Notes: generated by a model not told the origin, from the sequence alone. Positions 22,563 to 34,178 are shown, counted from the stretch's first letter. The stretch is 64,000 nt of DNA from Escherichia coli (GCF_044324875.1 NZ_CP172185.1); one strand, 5' to 3'. Numbers and translations are program-made.

Positions 22563-23014
22563 TTATGTTGTTGGCACTACAGATGAATGATGGGATGATA
22601 TTTTCCAATCCTTTCCATCCCACTCATAAGCGAAACTATAGCGTGCTGAAACTTGTTTTTTATCTTCAAAAGTAAACGTGTAATTCCCTGTATCAAGAGC
22701 CATATTGCATCCAATGCGAATAGTTCTGAAGTTTATTTCTCCAACAGGTTTTTTTTTCAAAAAATGCTCAAAATAGTCAACTCTTTCTGCATCTGTAATC
22801 CTAATTTTTTTTGATACTGTGGGCAGTAAGATCGCATCACTTAAATAGTTATCAGCAACCTTCTTGGCATCACCTGTTTTTAATGATTCATTCCAGCGAT
22901 CGAATAACCTTTCAATGTCTTTACTATCTACCCGAATACACTTAACATTATCTACGTCACTTGCCCACGACGCTCCAGAAAACAGACACAGAATTAAAAT
23001 ATTTATTTTTTCAT
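22563..23014 (-). pseudogene. NTF2-like (DUF4440/SnoaL-like) secreted protein, frame broken in an A6 tract directly after the ATG
   Basis: AGGAGG-4nt-ATG at 23014; ATG AAA AAA TAA as written; one extra A gives MKKINILILCLFSGASWA signal peptide plus a ~130 aa NTF2-like domain ending ...WKISSHHSS. Confidence 0.5.
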
Positions 23015-23245
23015 AACTCCTCCTGATCAGCCTGAAACTTTTTTAAAGTTTAATCATATTAATACAGTGCAACTATTTGATAGTAAAAACGATGTTCTCT
23101 ATTTTGTTAATAGATACTTCCTATTGTGTATATATTATGAGATTATTAAGAATAATACTCTCTGGGTCGTAGAGACAGGGTATAAGTCACAGGCTGGTGT
23201 GGTTCGGATGTTCTTGCCCCCTCAATATCAGACTGCTATTGTATC

Positions 23246-23611
23246 TTAAGTTAACGTTATCCGCTGACGTCGATATTCCCGTGGTGAGAGATAACCTAAC
23301 GCACTATGCGGATGGTTTTCATTGTAATGCTCGAACGCCTCTGCAAGGTTATGCAATGCCGTTATTACATTCGGTTTCGGTATGAACGCAATGTAGTCTT
23401 CCTTCATCGTTTTCACTAACCTTTCTGCCATTCTATTGCTCTGAGGGCTACTGACTGCCGTCGTGCAGGGCTCCAGATTCAACTCTCTGGCGAATTGCCG
23501 TGTTTCATGAGCCGTATAAGCCGAACCGTTATCCGTCCGCCACTGGATTGCTCGTTCCGGTCCTTTATCGCCAAAGCGTTTTTCTATCGCTCCTAACATC
23601 ACATCCTGCAC
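23246..23611 (-). pseudogene. IS3-family (IS2-like) OrfB C-terminal fragment
   Basis: ...[18 protein letters not shown]...[14 protein letters not shown] motif. Confidence 0.55.
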
Positions 23612-24375
23612 TGTCGGCTTTATCGTAACCTCCCGTACTGGTCACGGGCAGACTGTTCATCATGTTAAACCCAGCCGCTGTCAGATCATGCACCGGCCGG
23701 ATGGCGGGCTGACCTGCCCCGCCGCGCTGCTGCCCGCCAATCCATTTCTTACCTTCCTTCCCGGTGGCCTGACGTCCGGCCTCGTCCCCTTTCACCGCAT
23801 CACCGTCACCGCTGTTCACCACCTTCTTGTACTCTTCCAGCATCGCTGGCCTGCGTCCATTTGCTGCGATCAGAAAAGTCCATCATCCGTTTTGCCATGT
23901 TCTGGCAGTTCAGTTACGCCTTGTCGAAAGCCACATTCGCCTGCAGCACACCGTTGGTGATCATGTCGTACAGGCCGGGGTTGGCACGCTGTATCACCAT
24001 CGCCGGCAGACTGGCAGCGGCGCCGGTCGCCCCCTGAATCACATCCCCCATCAGATTTTTAAAGCCGTCGGTCAATCCGTTAAGATGATTACCCACCGTG
24101 GTCTTCAGGTCAAAGTTGCCGCACATCAGATCGCTGCTCCAGCCCAGGTCCATACCCAGCTTCTGCATGTTGCTGCGCGTGGCCAACTGTGAGATCACCG
24201 AGCCGCCACCCAGCGTATAGAACAGTTTGTCGGATACGGCGCCATCCACGGATTTCCCGTAACCGAACGTGCTGTCATTCAGTTTCGGCAGGGAAAGAAG
24301 ATCAGCCATCGCCGGAATACTGCAGTACAGCATCACACTCAGTGCCACCATACCTGTTTTCATCTTCATCATCAT
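23565..24375 (-). pseudogene. Conjugative-transfer (ICE-type T4SS) TraH-like protein, truncated/frameshifted
   Basis: Signal peptide plus conserved body in ORF 23914..24375; C-terminal part in another frame (ORF 23565..23843); family call from memory, weak. Confidence 0.35.
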
Positions 24376-24381
24376 GGTTCC

Positions 24382-24780
24382 TTAAAAATTCGTACTGCCA
24401 AGGAATCGCTGCCCGCGCTTTTCGAAGCAGCTGTAAGGCTGCCACAGTGCAAAGGCTGCATTACCGTTCTCCGCCGCCTGGTGTTCACCATCCGGGAAAA
24501 CGGCACAGGAACGCGACACTGACGGCGTCAGTCGCTGCCATTTGTGATTGCGGGTGCCGGTGTTTTCCTCCACCGCCTCCGGGGGCCAGTAGCCGTCACG
24601 TTTCACGCCCTTAACCTCCCTGTAGACATGCGACTCCCCCATCCGCGTGATAATGTCGGCCACCCGCTGAGCCCCCACCGCCGCGGCCCGGTCATCATCG
24701 CTCTGCATCACAAAACCACTCCGGTGATAAACGCTCCCCCACATGTTTTTATCGGCCTAGCTGCCAATCTCGCGTTTGCC
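24382..24780 (-). pseudogene. ICE-associated protein with in-frame amber codon near the 5' end
   Basis: ORF 24382..24744 extends upstream in frame across a TAG at about 24758. Confidence 0.3.
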
Positions 24781-24825
24781 GGGAACCTGTGCCTCTGGAT
24801 ACAGGGATTCAGGTAATCCCGTTCG

Positions 24826-25356
24826 CTAGACGATGCTGTCCAGGGTACTGAGGAAATAGGCCATGGCCGGTGTCACCGGTGAATCACAGCTGAATCCGGG
24901 TACCATCCCGCCGATAAGCTGTGTGGCCGGATGACCCAGCGCATCTGCGTATTTGAAACGAATTGCTGAACGGCGCTTCCCCTGTATTTTCATATCCGCC
25001 GGATTTCCCCCGCCGGCACTCAGCCCGGACAGGCCGTCAGTGATGGCATTCTCCGGGCCACCTGCGGTCCGGCTGACCAGCGACATCTCTTTCCAGGGAT
25101 TACCACCCGGTGCCGTATAGGTGGAAATAACCACTTCCGGGATGAAATGTGTCACCTTCACGGAAATTCTGACCGTACAGCCAGACGCGCTGCAGTAAAG
25201 CCAGTAACAAATCCCGCTGACACGCCAGCTGATATAGTCCGGTGCCGCAGTACTGGCGATAATGCTGGCGGTGTTCAGTGATACAGACGCCAGGGGCAGT
25301 GATGCCACACTCAGTAACAGCACGCCGGTACGCAGACTACATTTCAGGGACATCAT
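24826..25356 (-). CDS. Conjugative-transfer TraU-like protein
   Basis: 176 aa; signal peptide; Cys-rich motif GICYWLYCSASGC; weak family call. Confidence 0.35.
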   Translation of the reverse strand: MMSLKCSLRTGVLLLSVASLPLASVSLNTASIIASTAAPDYISWRVSGICYWLYCSASGCTVRISVKVTHFIPEVVISTYTAPGGNPWKEMSLVSRTAGGPENAITDGLSGLSAGGGNPADMKIQGKRRSAIRFKYADALGHPATQLIGGMVPGFSCDSPVTPAMAYFLSTLDSIV

Positions 25357-25748
25357 GGCTGCACTCCTCCCTCAGCACGGATTTTCCCGGCCATCACCAC
25401 ATCCATAGTGCCGTAAACCACCTCACTGTCATCAAACACCACGGCAGGGTATTTCTTCACGCCCAGCGACTAGGCATGTGCCACATCGCGGTAATGACCG
25501 GCCAGTTCCGCCTGCATCGTCTGCCATTCGGGAGACTTCATACGTACCCTGACCACCGATTCAGCCTCACCCGCATCAGCAGGCAACAGGCCCCAAAAGC
25601 GGCTCTGAAGCTGCTCAGGCGCATCCAGCAGAACCACCCTGACACCATCAGGAGGATTAACGGGAAGATGCTGAGAATCGGTATAAATTGTTGTGCCGGC
25701 AGACGCTGCCAGCGGCAGGAAAAACAGGGAACAGAAAATCCGGTACAT
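25330..25748 (-). pseudogene. ICE-associated periplasmic protein with in-frame amber codon
   Basis: ORF 25470..25748 continues in frame after a TAG (...RDVAHA*SLGVKKYPAVVFDD...). Confidence 0.4.
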
Positions 25749-25943
25749 CGTACACCTCAGTCAGATATTATCTGACTGACAGCGTGCGAAGAAAGCGCTC
25801 ATTTATCAGCAATAAATTAAAAACGGGATTAAAAAATTACGGTGGGATCCGGGGAAGTGTATCTGCCAAGCATAACAGACAGTCTGTGATTATACCCGGC
25901 CTTTCACAAAGCCGGGGAACTGATTCATACCAAGTGGTGATTT

Positions 25944-26195
25944 TCAACAATAAGTATAATGAGGTTGTCCCGGCACCGGTGGCAGTGGTTCGAGATAGAC
26001 GTCATCAACAAAAACACAGGGGAATTTTTCAACTGCACATCCAGCACGCTCAGACATTACCTTCAGACTGATACCATGTTTCTCAGCATCAATAAAGAGG
26101 ACATCTGCCCCTGTTTCATCCCGGAGATTTGTCGCATGATGCATGATCCGGTGTACTGAAGGACATGTTTTGTAACCAAAAACACATATACGCAT
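25944..26195 (-). CDS. Small glutaredoxin/thioredoxin-fold-like protein
   Basis: Internal start MRICVFGYKTCP...; weak. Confidence 0.3.
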   Translation of the reverse strand: MRICVFGYKTCPSVHRIMHHATNLRDETGADVLFIDAEKHGISLKVMSERAGCAVEKFPCVFVDDVYLEPLPPVPGQPHYTYC

Positions 26196-26681
26196 GTTGC
26201 ACCTCCTGATCACTGGTTGACGCCGATAATAAAACAATAATGTGAGCGTAAAAAATGCACCTCATACCACATTTCTGTAAAAGGCTCTGGCTATCACTGC
26301 AAAAAGCAAAATCTTAATTCCAGCATCACTTGTTACTCTCATTCCGTCACTTATATTTACCCACATGGCGATGTATTTAATTACTGCCCATAAGAATAAA
26401 AGCCGCTGGCGGATTATTTCTTTATTACCCGGATGCGGTCACAAGCCCACACATCGTCAACTACCTGCCGGTAATATTAACTGTCAGAAGAACGCATACA
26501 TCCGGATGTTTACAGAGTCGCGCGCCTGGTCACAGGTGACAACAGAAGTATGCCATACTAAAGGAGTAAACGGCGGGTCACTGGTGATCAAACACCTGCA
26601 TCGTGTGTTGCTGCCACTGCCCTCAGGTGACAGAGGCAGCATCTTTACGTATTATAATGCGTTATATCGGGTTTGTTGTTA

Positions 26682-28769
26682 TCAGAACTGATAGTTCAGC
26701 GACATCCAGTAATTTCTCTCAGGTATCACATAACCCGTTGTCGATGCCCCCGTCTGGAAGTAATCACCCGCATAAAGCGTACCACTGCCGGCACGATACA
26801 GACTTACGTCACTGTAATCCTTGTTAAGCACATTATTCACCGCTGCATTCAGCATCAGTGCATCCGTCACTTTCCACGACATGCCCGCATCCAGTACCGT
26901 CCAGGCTTTCAGATATTCACCTTTCTCATCATACACTTTCTTCTGTACAGCTGAGAGTGACGAATAATTCTGGGTGAAACGTGGCGTTTTCCCGCGGTAA
27001 CGGGCACCCAGCCATGATGTCACCTCTTCAGTAATCTGCCAGTTCAGTTTCGCATTCACCATATGCTCAGGGGTGTAACTCAGTGGTGCACCTTTATTAT
27101 CCCCATCCCGTTGTTCACTCTGCGTCCAGGTATAATTCAGAGACAGAGTCACATCCTCTGACAACAGAGGCAGTGTGCCGGCAAATTCCACGCCCTGAGT
27201 CCTAGCCTTTCCGCTGTTTGTGTAGCTGCGGGTATTATCATCAATGGAATAAGATACGATCTTGTTGGAGAATTCTGTCATAAAGCCCGTGATATTGGCG
27301 TTCAGACCGGCATGATTATCGTAATACACGCCCGCTTCATAACTGACACTCTCCTCCGGCTTCAGGTCCGGGTTACCGAGAAGATTCGTACGCCCCTGAC
27401 CGGACACACCGCTGATCCCCTTATGTAACTGCCCCATGCTGGGCGCCTTATATCCCGTGGTCACCCCACCTTTCAGCGTCCACGCATCAGTCACATCCCA
27501 GACCATATATGCCCGGGGACTGAAGTGTCCTCCGAACACCTCATAGCGTTCATAGCGGCTACCCGCAGTCAGTGCAAATGCATCCGTGATATACCACTCA
27601 TCCTCAACAAATGCCGACCAGCTTTTCTGACGGAAGGTTTCACCAGTACTGGCGAGAACAACCCCGTCTTTCATGGAGGAGTTCTGATACTCACCACCGA
27701 CGGTAACCTTGTGTGATTCCCCCAGAGGTGCAAACAGTAATGAGCTCAGGATAAGATTCGACTCCTTAAGCTCCCTCGGCTGGCCGGCAAGCCCCCATTT
27801 ATCACGCTGCAGTACGCTACGTACAAGCTGACGGCCTTTATTTTCCGTCTCATTCCAGTTCAGGGATGACTTCCAGGCTCCGAAGGTGAATGTATGATCA
27901 TAGCCTGCTGAAATTTTATTACGCTCATAGCGCAGGGTGCGATCATAACCGCCCGTCAGACTGCCCAGCTGGCCATCTCGGTTATCATAACGCTGCCGGG
28001 CGATATCCATATCAATCCAGAGTACATCCTTGTCCGTCGCTTTCCAGTCAAGACGACCACCTGCATTATAATTCTGTGATTCCGTGGGATAAGGGATACG
28101 CGTAGCTGAGGTGTCGCTCAGTGATGTGACCGATGAGCCCTGACGCTGCTGTGTGCTGCCACGTACCTGAAGGCTGAGTGAATCATCCACAAGGGGACCG
28201 CTGCTCCAGAAATTAAACTGGCTGCTGTTCCCCCATTTGTTACTTTCCTGCAGGTTCAGCCCGGCATTAACCGAAGAGCGCCATTTGTCTGCATTCTTTT
28301 TGGTGATGATATTCACCACGCCCCCCATGGCATCAGAGCCGTACAGAGTGGACATGGGGCCCCTGATAATCTCAATACGTTCGATGGCGGCCAGAGGTGG
28401 CATAAAACCCGTATTCATGGCAGCATAACCGTTTGGGGTTACGTCACTGCTCCCGCCCTGACGGACACCATCGATCAGTATCAGCGTATAACTGGCAGGC
28501 ATTCCGCGGATGCTGATTTCCAGCCCACCTGTTTTACCCGTACCGCTTTCAACATCCACCCCCTCTACGGATCTCAGTGCCTCCCCCAGATCATGATACT
28601 GGCTGGATCGCAAATCCTCCTGGCTGATCACTGAAACACTCGCAGCTGCACTGGTTAATTTTTTTTCATAGCCAGACGCCGTGACTACCATCACATCTTC
28701 CGCAGCCATACTGCTGACTGAAAACCCGAGACAAGGGATGGCTACTGAAGCCAGAGTGGTTACTCGCAT
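26682..28769 (-). CDS. iha: TonB-dependent outer-membrane siderophore receptor/adhesin Iha (IrgA homologue)
   Basis: 695 aa; signal peptide; TonB-box/plug then beta-barrel ending ...YWMSLNYQF; closely matches Iha as recalled. Confidence 0.8.
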   Translation of the reverse strand: MRVTTLASVAIPCLGFSVSSMAAEDVMVVTASGYEKKLTSAAASVSVISQEDLRSSQYHDLGEALRSVEGVDVESGTGKTGGLEISIRGMPASYTLILIDGVRQGGSSDVTPNGYAAMNTGFMPPLAAIERIEIIRGPMSTLYGSDAMGGVVNIITKKNADKWRSSVNAGLNLQESNKWGNSSQFNFWSSGPLVDDSLSLQVRGSTQQRQGSSVTSLSDTSATRIPYPTESQNYNAGGRLDWKATDKDVLWIDMDIARQRYDNRDGQLGSLTGGYDRTLRYERNKISAGYDHTFTFGAWKSSLNWNETENKGRQLVRSVLQRDKWGLAGQPRELKESNLILSSLLFAPLGESHKVTVGGEYQNSSMKDGVVLASTGETFRQKSWSAFVEDEWYITDAFALTAGSRYERYEVFGGHFSPRAYMVWDVTDAWTLKGGVTTGYKAPSMGQLHKGISGVSGQGRTNLLGNPDLKPEESVSYEAGVYYDNHAGLNANITGFMTEFSNKIVSYSIDDNTRSYTNSGKARTQGVEFAGTLPLLSEDVTLSLNYTWTQSEQRDGDNKGAPLSYTPEHMVNAKLNWQITEEVTSWLGARYRGKTPRFTQNYSSLSAVQKKVYDEKGEYLKAWTVLDAGMSWKVTDALMLNAAVNNVLNKDYSDVSLYRAGSGTLYAGDYFQTGASTTGYVIPERNYWMSLNYQF

Positions 28770-28817
28770 ATCTTCTCTCCGATTATATTAATCAGAGAGA
28801 AGATAAACAAACGCAAG

Positions 28818-28834
28818 AGATAATGAGAATGATT
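28818..28834 (-). promoter_or_regulatory. Candidate Fur box upstream of iha (GATAATGAGAATGATTT)
   Basis: Close match to the Fur consensus about 50 bp upstream of the iha start. Confidence 0.4.
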
Positions 28835-29093
28835 TGCTTTTGGTTTTTACATAAAAAAGTAAAAAATTACAAAATATTACATAAGGTTCTACTATACCCC
28901 GAATTTCAGTTGAGGACGTTCTTTTCTCTAGGGGAAAGTAACGGATAGCAATCGTTGACGATCCATATCGGATTTTTGCACTATGGGTATTTATCCAATC
29001 TTTATCAGTTTCTTGTCCTTGGATATGTTAATCATACACTATCGGATATTTCGTACATCAGACAGGTGAATATAATTAATAATGAGGAGTTTT

Positions 29094-29366
29094 ATGGACA
29101 ATAGAACAATTACTCTGCAGGAATTACTCGAGTACATGTCAATGCTTCGAGACGACATGAATGCTCTCACGGTTGCATTTTCATATCTGGCTTCATCGCT
29201 TCCTAAGGAACAGATGATACAAATACTGGCATTCATTCATTTTGAATCAAATAATTCCAGATGGTCTTCAGAACAGCAGAAATCTTTCAAATGGCTAGCA
29301 TCACTACTGGAGGGCTGTTATACAGTTCACACAAACATTTTTGATATACCATCAAAGAACCACTAG
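29094..29366 (+). CDS. Hypothetical 90-aa protein
   Basis: ORF with GAGGAG RBS 6 nt upstream of the Met at 29094; no family recognised. Confidence 0.3.
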   Translation: MDNRTITLQELLEYMSMLRDDMNALTVAFSYLASSLPKEQMIQILAFIHFESNNSRWSSEQQKSFKWLASLLEGCYTVHTNIFDIPSKNH

Positions 29367-30030
29367 TACATTATGATACATTCCCTCTGAAATATATTTC
29401 TACTTTGAGCGCCTCTGACTTTATGAGGCGCTTTGTCCAGCAAACCAAACATACTCGCTGGAAACAGAGTAAAGTATTATTATCCCCGATACATCTATAT
29501 TTTACAACAGCGCATCCATATATTAATTAACGATGCAGTTAAGTTCCCCATTCTACCCAATTTACTGTTTTTGTTGTTTGAAAGAAGACTCTCATTAAGT
29601 GAGAGCCATCTGTAAGTATCCCGCATAATCGCTCCATTCATATTTAGAGATCATCCGGAATAATCAATCTGATAACGAAGAAAATCGCTATGCGTAAAGC
29701 CCGTATTACTGAGTATTAGATCATCGCTGTAATTAAATCGGTTGAAACCGGACGAACAATTAAAGATGTTTGTCGGGAAGCCGGTATTTCTGAAGCCACT
29801 TACTACATCTATTGACTACCTCAGTTTTGCAAGCACTGATTCTGGTTTTGGATTGTTGCTTACATCTATCCGGCATCAGGAAAACCTGTGCCCAAATAGG
29901 GAATCCACACACAATCGCCTCTACAACTGGACGACCTCTGAGGCCAGTACAAAAATCAGGTTCCGATTGTGCAGGTGCAACCCGTCACCATTTCTCAGTA
30001 CGCTGCAACTTTTGCTGAAAGAGATTAACT

Positions 30031-30440
30031 TCACACTGCCTGATATTCTGTATCATTTATCAGCATCGACCAGATTATTCTCGCGTATTTGTTAGCAATC
30101 TCCACAGTAGTTTTATTAAATTCGCGACTCTCCTTTAACTGCTTAACCCACTGATTTAGGTATACATCATTATTATTCGTAGCAACTCTAACGACAGCAC
30201 GGACGCCATGAATAAAAAGTGTTTGCAGATGCTTGTCGCCTTTTTTCGTTATATTCATGAGAACTTACCTGCAGCAACTCTAGTGCAGGCATGGAAGCAG
30301 ACCAAGCCATGCAGCACAGTGACGATCATTCTTAAATTCAGTGCCTTTGCCAATAATAACAGCAACAACGCTCGTGACAATTTCAGGACCAATGCCTTTA
30401 GCTTTTGCAATACGCTGACAGCATTCAGATTGCCTGGACA
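30031..30440 (-). pseudogene. IS110-family transposase fragment
   Basis: C-terminal motifs IGPEIVTSVVA... and ...ANKYARIIWSML in shifted frames. Confidence 0.4.
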
Positions 30441-30502
30441 GGTCTCTATTTATTTATCAAAAAAGTTTATACTACGACCGAGATCGTTAAAGAGATCATC
30501 TA

Positions 30503-31655
30503 AATAGCTGCGCCTAATACCACTACACTTTTGCCAGCCCATGTTTGCCTCCGGGGAACGGGCTGATGGTTTCCATAAAATGGCGAATTTTTTTCAACAG
30601 TTGCCACATTGAGCGGCACTGATGATTACGCGTTATTGTGTCGTGAAGTGCCTGCCATAGCCGTTCAACATGATTCACCCATGGCAAGTAAACCGGCTGA
30701 TAAATGACCCTGAACTTCGGGTTCTCCTTCAACCAGCGCTGTGTTTCCCGGCTTTTGTGGATAATGTAGTTGTCCACGATCAGTGTGATGGTTTTCACCC
30801 GAAGGTATGTCGCTTTAAGCCGCTTCAGCAGGCTGATGAACAGCGCCGAACTTTTGCTGTTGCCGCCCACATAGCTGACTTTACCTGTCCCGCTGTGCAG
30901 CGCTCCGGCCAGATCATATTTTTCATTCTGTCCCGGCGTGACCACCCGTTTTTGCTGTCCGCGCAGTTGCCAGTCCGCACCGATTTTGGGATTAAGATGG
31001 ATATCCACTTCATCTTCATAAAAGACCGGATGCTCTGTGCTGCATTCGTCCAGTGCTTTATGGATTGCTGCCATCTTTTCATCTTTATGCGGGTCACGGA
31101 TACGCAGAGTTGGCGCAGCCCTTCGCCACACAATCCCCGCAGACGGCAACCAGCGGCGAACGGTTCCGGCATTTAACTGGCAATCGGTTATCTCATTGAT
31201 TTTTATTGCCAGCAGTTCTGTACTCCAGCGTGAACGCTGGTAGCCAAAGTCGCCGGGAGAATGTTTTACCAGCTCACGTAACAGTGTGCAGATATGCTCA
31301 AACGACCAGAGACGGGCTCGCCCGGCAGGTAATGATTTCAGTCCCTCAACACCCGACTGCGTGAACCAGTTAATCCAACATCCAACAGAGGAACGGGCGC
31401 AGCAGAGCGTTCTGGCAACGTCGCTGACACGGTCGCCCCGGTGCAGCATCAGCATGGCAGTCAGTCTGCGGGCATAATTTTTATCGTGTGTTTTATGGAT
31501 GGCTTTCTGCATCAGGCGTCGTTCGTCACGGGAAATTGGTGCTATGATCGGCATTGCTCAGTCCGGTTGGTGATTTGTTTTGATTTGGCGATTGATCAGA
31601 TCGCACAATCCAGGCTGAGCTCCCTCAAAGTGATCTACTATTCCGCGCAGCTATT
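30503..31655 (-). mobile_element. IS630, 1153 bp, inserted at CTAG with TA duplication
   Basis: 343 aa transposase matching IS630 as recalled; terminal IR AATAGCTGCGC; TA on both sides. Confidence 0.9.
30523..31554 (-). CDS. IS630 transposase (Tc1/mariner superfamily)
   Basis: 343 aa ORF MPIIAPISRDERRLMQKAIHK... Confidence 0.9.
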   Translation of the reverse strand: MPIIAPISRDERRLMQKAIHKTHDKNYARRLTAMLMLHRGDRVSDVARTLCCARSSVGCWINWFTQSGVEGLKSLPAGRARLWSFEHICTLLRELVKHSPGDFGYQRSRWSTELLAIKINEITDCQLNAGTVRRWLPSAGIVWRRAAPTLRIRDPHKDEKMAAIHKALDECSTEHPVFYEDEVDIHLNPKIGADWQLRGQQKRVVTPGQNEKYDLAGALHSGTGKVSYVGGNSKSSALFISLLKRLKATYLRVKTITLIVDNYIIHKSRETQRWLKENPKFRVIYQPVYLPWVNHVERLWQALHDTITRNHQCRSMWQLLKKIRHFMETISPFPGGKHGLAKV

Positions 31656-31789
31656 TAGTTCCGCTATCGTTCTGCACATACAAGCTTTTAACCCGTTTAT
31701 GCATCCTCAAGGCTCAGCAGAATAGCTGTCAGCGCCAATGATATAAGACAGTAATGGGGATGCGGACGATTTCCTGGACTCTCAGGAGA

Positions 31790-33110
31790 TGAAACATGTT
31801 TACTGAAGAAGAAAAAATCCGCGCCATTGAGCTTTATTTCAAATATGTGACCCGTCCTGAATAGCGTTGACACGTTCCTACTTAAATCCGGAGAACGTAA
31901 TGATGACTTAGCTCAAACGCACCCAACGTGATTATCCTCTATCCTTTAAAATAGCTGTTGTTGAGCAGGTTGAAAAAGGCGAGATGACTTATAAACAGGC
32001 CCAGCAGCGGTATGGCATTCAGGGGCGCTCCACCGTTCTTGTCTGGTTACGTAAATATCCTGGACTTCCTGAGCTGGTGAAGAGGAAACTGCCTGTGACT
32101 CAGACAACTATCCCGCTCACACCCGAGCAAAGAATCAGGGAACTTGAAACGTAGCTTGAGCTGGCGAACCAGAAAGCTACGTTTTTTGAGTCAGTTATCA
32201 ATGTCCTGAAAAATGATTACGGGGTGAGTATCGTAAAAAGCGGCCCGGCAAGTCCTCGCGCAAAGTCCGGTCCCCAAAATAACTGTGACGCGTGCAGTCT
32301 GTTCCTGGGACACAGCAGACAGGCATGGTATCAGGACAATGCAAGGCGCAGAAAACGGCAGGAACATCATGCTCAGGTTCTTGATTTTGTTGCCCGTGTC
32401 AGATGTCGTCAGCCCCGAATCGGTGCGCGTAAGCTGCACTATCTGCTGAACACTCAGGCCGATAAAAGGCTGAATATCGGGCGAGACCGCCTGTTTAACC
32501 TGCCCGATGAATACCGACTCCTGGTGCCAGTAAAACGGTCATATCACAAAACTACCAACAGCCATCATCGCTTCTACCGACATCCAAACCTGCTTAAACC
32601 AGGCCCTGAACAGGTTACTGCTCTTGAACCAGAACAGGTCCGGGTCGCCGATATTACTTACCTTCCACTGCGCAATAGTTCGGCCTATCTGAGTCTGGTC
32701 ACCGATGCCTGCTCCAGAAAAATTATGGGCTACCATGTTGGGGAAAACCTGCAGACAGAAAATGTGGTAAAAGCGTTCAGACAGGTGCTGAAGCTGAGAA
32801 AAACGACGAGTCCCCTGGTGCATCATTCTGGCAGGGGCTGCAATACTGTTCAGCGCTCTATCAGTCAGTTCATGAAAGAAATGAAATAACCTGTTCAATG
32901 ACTGATGGTTATGACTGCTACCAGCATTGGCTGAGTGAATAAATGGTACCCTGAAAAATGAGTTTTTACTCTCGCGTCCTGCAGACCTGGCTCAGGCCCG
33001 GGAAATGGTCCAAGAGTCCGTGGCAATTTATAACCATGAGCGGCCACACCTGGCTCTGAAATACAAAACGCCCTATGACGTTCATCAGGCGTTTTACAGA
33101 CAGAAAAGTG
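31790..33110 (+). pseudogene. Degenerate IS3-family element (OrfA/OrfB with several stops)
   Basis: Frames read ...YPLSFKIAVVEQVEKGEMTYKQAQQRYGIQG... and ...RIGARKLHYLL...VADITYLPL... Confidence 0.5.
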
Positions 33111-33129
33111 TCAACTTATACCAAGACTA

Positions 33130-33750
33130 GTCAATGGTAAGAAGCTGGCTCCCGTCGTACGCGAACTGGGCTACCCTTCGAAAAGAAATCTGCGGCGTTG
33201 GATCCGTTCATAGGAATCAGGTGGCGGAGCAAAAGAATCCATTCGCCATAAGCCCCGTTACACAGATGAGCAAAAACAAGTTGCCGTTGAACATTATCTT
33301 AACCACGGCTGCTGCCTAGCGTTTACCAGTAGAACTCTGGGTTATCCCTGTACCGATGTGCTCGCTCGCTGGGTTAATGAACGTTACCCCGGCAGACGAC
33401 GTATATTTACCAGTAAGACCAGTCCGGTTGCGCCCTTTGAACCAGAAGTCAAACGTCAGGCTGTCATGGCATTCTGTACACGACAAATATCAGCCAGTGA
33501 AATCTCTAGGCGTATTGGTGTCAGTCGTGCGGTATTGTATAAATGGAAAGATGAAATTATCGGCAACAGTGCTTACCAGACTATGCGTAAACATAACGAA
33601 CCTTCCCTGGAGGCAGAACGCGATGCGTTGCGGGAGGAAGTCGCCCGACTGAATCAGGAAATACGCCGCCGGCAGATGGAACTGGATATTCTGAAAAAAG
33701 CGGAGAAAATCATAAAAAATCTATGGTCACCCCCGTTTTTGCTACACTGA
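33130..33750 (+). pseudogene. IS3-family (IS150-group) OrfA with in-frame TAG
   Basis: ...IRS*ESGG...ISRRIGVSRAVLYKWKDE...LDILKKAEKII; its OrfB resumes at 36352. Confidence 0.5.
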
Positions 33751-34178
33751 TTTTTGATTAATGGTGGGCTTGCTTAAATCTATCCGGCGTCTCTGTGGAC
33801 AAGGAGACCCGCGCCTCGATGAGTTCCGCACCTGATAATCCTAAAAAGACCCTCGGCTTCAGTGAGCCATTTTTTCTGTCAGGTTTTTAATCAGGTCTAT
33901 TTGCCGTTCATGTCATCAATAATCAGTCTTCGCAAAACCAGACAGGTAACTTGTATCTTATTTTTTAAAATAAGCTAATTGAGTTTTGTCAGTATCTATA
34001 TCAGGCCTGATATTCTTTGTGCAGAGCAGTGATTGCCCAGGCTATTCGGGCCAGTTTATTTGCCAGAGCGCAGGCGACAATATTTGAATGCTTATTGTCG
34101 AGTTGCTTTTGAACCCATTCAGCAACTCTGCCCTATTGAACCGCCCCGGGTTTCCTGGAGAGTGTTTTATCTGTGAAC

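Noticed and set aside
26365-26954. Plus-strand ORFs near the iha 3' end
   Set aside because: They overlap or abut iha in antisense, have no RBS and no recognisable domain.
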